Shown in pieces: positions 63,150 to 64,000 of a DNA stretch of 64,000 nt. The notes below the pieces were generated by a model. That model was not told the DNA's origin, did no database searches, and saw only the letters and a program-made list of their open reading frames with translations. The stretch comes from a virus: positions 1-64,000 of IMG/VR virus record IMGVR_UViG_3300037092_000015; one strand, given 5' to 3'. A program made the translations under genes and the position numbers. Numbering within the stretch: position 1 is the stretch's first letter; each line of letters opens with the position of its first letter.

Positions 63150-63948
63150 TCTCGACCAAGTGCTTGAAGAAGCTTCGGTTCAGAACCCGGAACGTCGCCA
63201 AATGGCCTGTGCCTAGCTTCTCGACATATTGTTTGGAAGCCCAGTAGGCCAGATTGTGCACAGCCGTGTCCGGTTTCACCTTGTCAATCAATGCACTGTG
63301 ACCGTTAGCAACCACCGCCTGCATTAACTCGTCGCATGTGAAAGGTTTTTCAAACTTGAGCACCGCCCGCTTCATTGCGGCCCCAAGCGTGCTAGGAGCG
63401 TCCAACAAGTCCTCAGTGCTTCGCACAGCAGCTTGAATCTTTACCGCGTCAGGCTTCGGCGTCCATTTCTGCACGACAGTCACCGCGCCTTCTGCTACAA
63501 GTAGCGGCTTTGTTTTCGACCAGTAACCGTAACCAGCCGACCACAACTTACCGTCCCGCTTCTGCCGATTGGCCCAGCAACTCACTAGGCTCTTGCTGAA
63601 CCCGGAAGCCTTTCGTATGGCCCGCAACTTCATAGGGTCCGGCATAGATTTGACTATGCCCCACAGAACGCCGTCCGTACTACCGGGCGCTGGCACTGGC
63701 TTCCTGTTGCCGTTTCCGCCGTTCCTTGAAGCAGGCTTTGACAACCGCGCACCGTGCACGGTTGAAGTTCTTTTAGGCGCAACCGGCATGGTTGGCTGGT
63801 CTGGCATATTGCATCCTGACTCCCCTTCCCGGAACGCCTCCAGTTCCTTGATTAGTGCCGTGAACCGTTCAACCCTCGCCCGTAGCGCCGCGATGGTGTT
63901 GTTAATTGCCGTCATCATGTCTTGTGCCCTTTCGGATTGGTTGGCCAT
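63139..63948 (-). CDS. Putative DNA-binding protein (two winged-helix-like segments)
   Basis: N-terminal coiled coil; LRAIRKASGFSKSLVSCW; FTCDELMQAV..NLAYWASKQYVEK. Confidence 0.55.
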   Translation of the reverse strand: MANQSERAQDMMTAINNTIAALRARVERFTALIKELEAFREGESGCNMPDQPTMPVAPKRTSTVHGARLSKPASRNGGNGNRKPVPAPGSTDGVLWGIVKSMPDPMKLRAIRKASGFSKSLVSCWANRQKRDGKLWSAGYGYWSKTKPLLVAEGAVTVVQKWTPKPDAVKIQAAVRSTEDLLDAPSTLGAAMKRAVLKFEKPFTCDELMQAVVANGHSALIDKVKPDTAVHNLAYWASKQYVEKLGTGHLATFRVLNRSFFKHLVESVD

Positions 63949-64000
63949 GCTTCCGCCATTGTAGCCAACGGCTGCCCTGGCGCAACATAATTCTGCTTTG

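Noticed and set aside
1-64000. Integrase, transposase, reverse transcriptase (DGR or retron) or inteins
   Set aside because: No tyrosine/serine recombinase, DDE, YxDD reverse transcriptase or intein motifs were recognised. The Mu-like head genes do not by themselves imply transposition.

Overview
A 64-kb segment of a tailed dsDNA phage or prophage, with essentially all real genes on the minus strand. The host may be Verrucomicrobiota-like, an inference from the Thr/Asn-rich signal-peptide proteins and CAA-rich leaders. In transcription order (right to left) the modules are: small early genes; an accessory region at 56.0-62.1 kb; TerS/TerL; a Mu-like head module (DUF935-type portal, Mu-like protease embedded in a polyprotein, major capsid protein, head-tail adaptor, MuF polyvalent protein); a tail module with a -1 frameshifted chaperone and a short tape measure; many signal-peptide surface, lysis and fibre proteins; and a replication module (SSB-like protein, tRNA-like RNA, SbcC/Rad50-like ATPase, UvrD, SNF2, initiator with iterons, primase-helicase, DNA methylases). 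The main discovery is that 56046-62057 is an integrase-less array of 12 integron attC sites. It has the true cassette signature: each cassette's first bases complement its own attC R'' box. Unlike canonical integron cassettes, every cargo gene is inverted relative to attC polarity. The attC sites themselves supply start codons, N-terminal peptides and the in-frame stops of the neighbouring gene. A second system consists of head polyproteins built from cargo modules (Acb1-like 2H phosphoesterase, GNAT, zincin) that are separated by a recurrent [VI]-[RQK]-A motif and headed by short tags. Also notable are a C5 methylase encoded in two overlapping frames, a tRNA-like RNA, and several deletion scars. 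All family assignments are by eye from motifs; no searches were run.
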